A stretch of DNA of 15,479 bases from a virus (taxonomy: Duplodnaviria; Heunggongvirae; Uroviricota; Caudoviricetes): the IMG/VR virus record IMGVR_UViG_2695420487_000018. One strand, written 5' to 3'. Below the pieces are notes generated by a model. That model ran no database searches, was not told the origin of the DNA, and was given only the letters and a program-made list of their open reading frames with translations. Both the position numbers and the translations under genes were made by a program. This document shows positions 14,262-15,479 of this stretch, piece by piece. Numbering within the stretch: the first letter of the stretch is position 1; each line of letters starts with the position of its first letter.

Positions 14262-15479
14262 TTATTTTCTTCTGGCTACTGGTAGCGTGGTTACGTTTTC
14301 ATGTGTTCCCGCCAGTATCCCTAACCGCTCCGTCCACATATCCAGCGCATTGCGTTTAGCATCCAGATAACGGGAATGATTATAAACTCGCTGCATTCCT
14401 GGCATCTGGTGGCCTGTAAGCTGCTCCACGACATGCGGATCAACGCCTAAATCGTTCAGCATCGTTGTAAAGGTGCGCCGGATGTCATGCAGTGACCAGT
14501 GAGGATGATTAAGCCTCCTGTGCGCTAATCTTCCATACTGCGATACGCTGGCCTCCTGTTTCACTTCCCCCAGCAATAAGCCCGTGTGCCTGTTCTGCTC
14601 CACCAGCTGCGTGACGAACGGCAGGATCGCTTCCGGTATGGGCCGGAATATTGCGACCTTCGTTTTGCTGTGCTCCTTCGGAACGGTCCATAGCATTTCC
14701 GTAAAATCCCACTCTCCGATCTCCGATAACCTCAGTTCTACCGTTCTGGCTCCGAAGACAATCAGGAGGCGGATTAACGCGACGTAGTAAGGGGAGAATA
14801 TTTTTTTGTCCAGTGCCTGCAATAATTCGCCAAGTTCTTTGTTACTTAAGACACGTTCGCTTATATCCGGTTTTTTCCCAACGTCCGCCACGTTCAGATC
14901 GTCCAGAACGTTGCTGATTGCATAGCGCCGCCTACGGCAGAACTTAAGCGCCTGTTTGCACGCCTGTAGCACGAATCCGGCAGTAACAGGCGTTCGCTTT
15001 GCCACCTGGTCAAAACAGGCCAGCCAGTGCCGTAGCTCGCATTTATCCAGCGGCATAGCACCAATCTGCTGTATTACGTGATTATTAAGTCGCCTTTTCA
15101 GGGCGATATAATCCACGCGGTTTTCCTTTACGTAATACTCAAGCCAGTAGGTGAGCGCATCGCCAACCGTTACCGGCTTTAACGCTTCCTGTACGGTGTA
15201 ATTAAGCTCATGACGTGGATTTTTCCCCTCTGCCAGCCATGCGCGACACTGGGCGGCTTTTTCCCTGGCTGATTTCAGGCTCAGATCAGGATAACTTCCC
15301 AGCTTAATGCGTTCGGGTCGTGTCTCCCTTCCCGTTCCGGCCCTGTATGTGAAATACCAGGTCAATTTCCCTGATGTTAAATATTTCACGCTCAGGTTTC
15401 CGCCATCACTATAAAACGTGTTTTTCTCCGCTGGCTTACCATGAAGTTTCCTTAGCAAGGTATCGCTCAGTTTGTTCAT
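14262..15479 (-). CDS. int: Tyrosine site-specific integrase (P4-like, with N-terminal arm-binding domain)
   Basis: 405-aa ORF starting at the window edge; catalytic-domain motifs HDIRRTF and RVYNHSRY; N-terminus GNLSVKYLTSGKLTWYFTYR typical of arm-binding domains. Confidence 0.9.
   Translation of the reverse strand: MNKLSDTLLRKLHGKPAEKNTFYSDGGNLSVKYLTSGKLTWYFTYRAGTGRETRPERIKLGSYPDLSLKSAREKAAQCRAWLAEGKNPRHELNYTVQEALKPVTVGDALTYWLEYYVKENRVDYIALKRRLNNHVIQQIGAMPLDKCELRHWLACFDQVAKRTPVTAGFVLQACKQALKFCRRRRYAISNVLDDLNVADVGKKPDISERVLSNKELGELLQALDKKIFSPYYVALIRLLIVFGARTVELRLSEIGEWDFTEMLWTVPKEHSKTKVAIFRPIPEAILPFVTQLVEQNRHTGLLLGEVKQEASVSQYGRLAHRRLNHPHWSLHDIRRTFTTMLNDLGVDPHVVEQLTGHQMPGMQRVYNHSRYLDAKRNALDMWTERLGILAGTHENVTTLPVARRK

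Larger units (their letters stand above)
136..15479. mobile_element. Integrated satellite-like island (int, alpA, primase/rep with iteron ori, HK97-type capsid and terminase genes; no tail or lysis genes); right att site lies beyond the window
   Basis: Gene content and order read from the ORF translations; integrase start codon sits at the window edge; left junction inferred from the composition break inside the tqsA-like ORF. Confidence 0.7.

Noticed and set aside
14155-14370. 71-aa plus-strand ORF at the int 3' end
   Set aside because: Antisense to the integrase C-terminus and the intergenic regulatory region; no RBS; most likely spurious.

Overview
Nearly the whole 15.5-kb window is one integrated mobile element, read mostly on the minus strand. 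From the right edge: a tyrosine integrase, an AlpA-like regulator, a divergent promoter/operator switch with a small plus-strand RHH-like gene, and a leftward operon of small genes ending in a large primase/helicase-type replication protein. This is followed by an iteron-rich origin and an SSB gene, then a translationally coupled HK97-type head and packaging operon (major capsid, prohead protease, portal, two head-completion/connector proteins, HNH endonuclease, TerS, TerL). No tail, lysis or cI-type repressor genes are visible, so the element looks like a capsid-encoding, tail-dependent phage satellite (cf-PICI-like) rather than a prophage. The first 165 bp appear to be a truncated host membrane-protein ORF (tqsA-like) marking the insertion junction. 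Non-coding highlights are a 12-copy GCGGGTTAT iteron block, a 25-bp dyad motif shared by the capsid-operon and alpA upstream regions, a direct-repeat operator set, an RBS-sequestering hairpin before the capsid gene, and a 27-bp-spaced palindrome array near the left end. All protein family calls are from reading the translations by eye; no database search was run.
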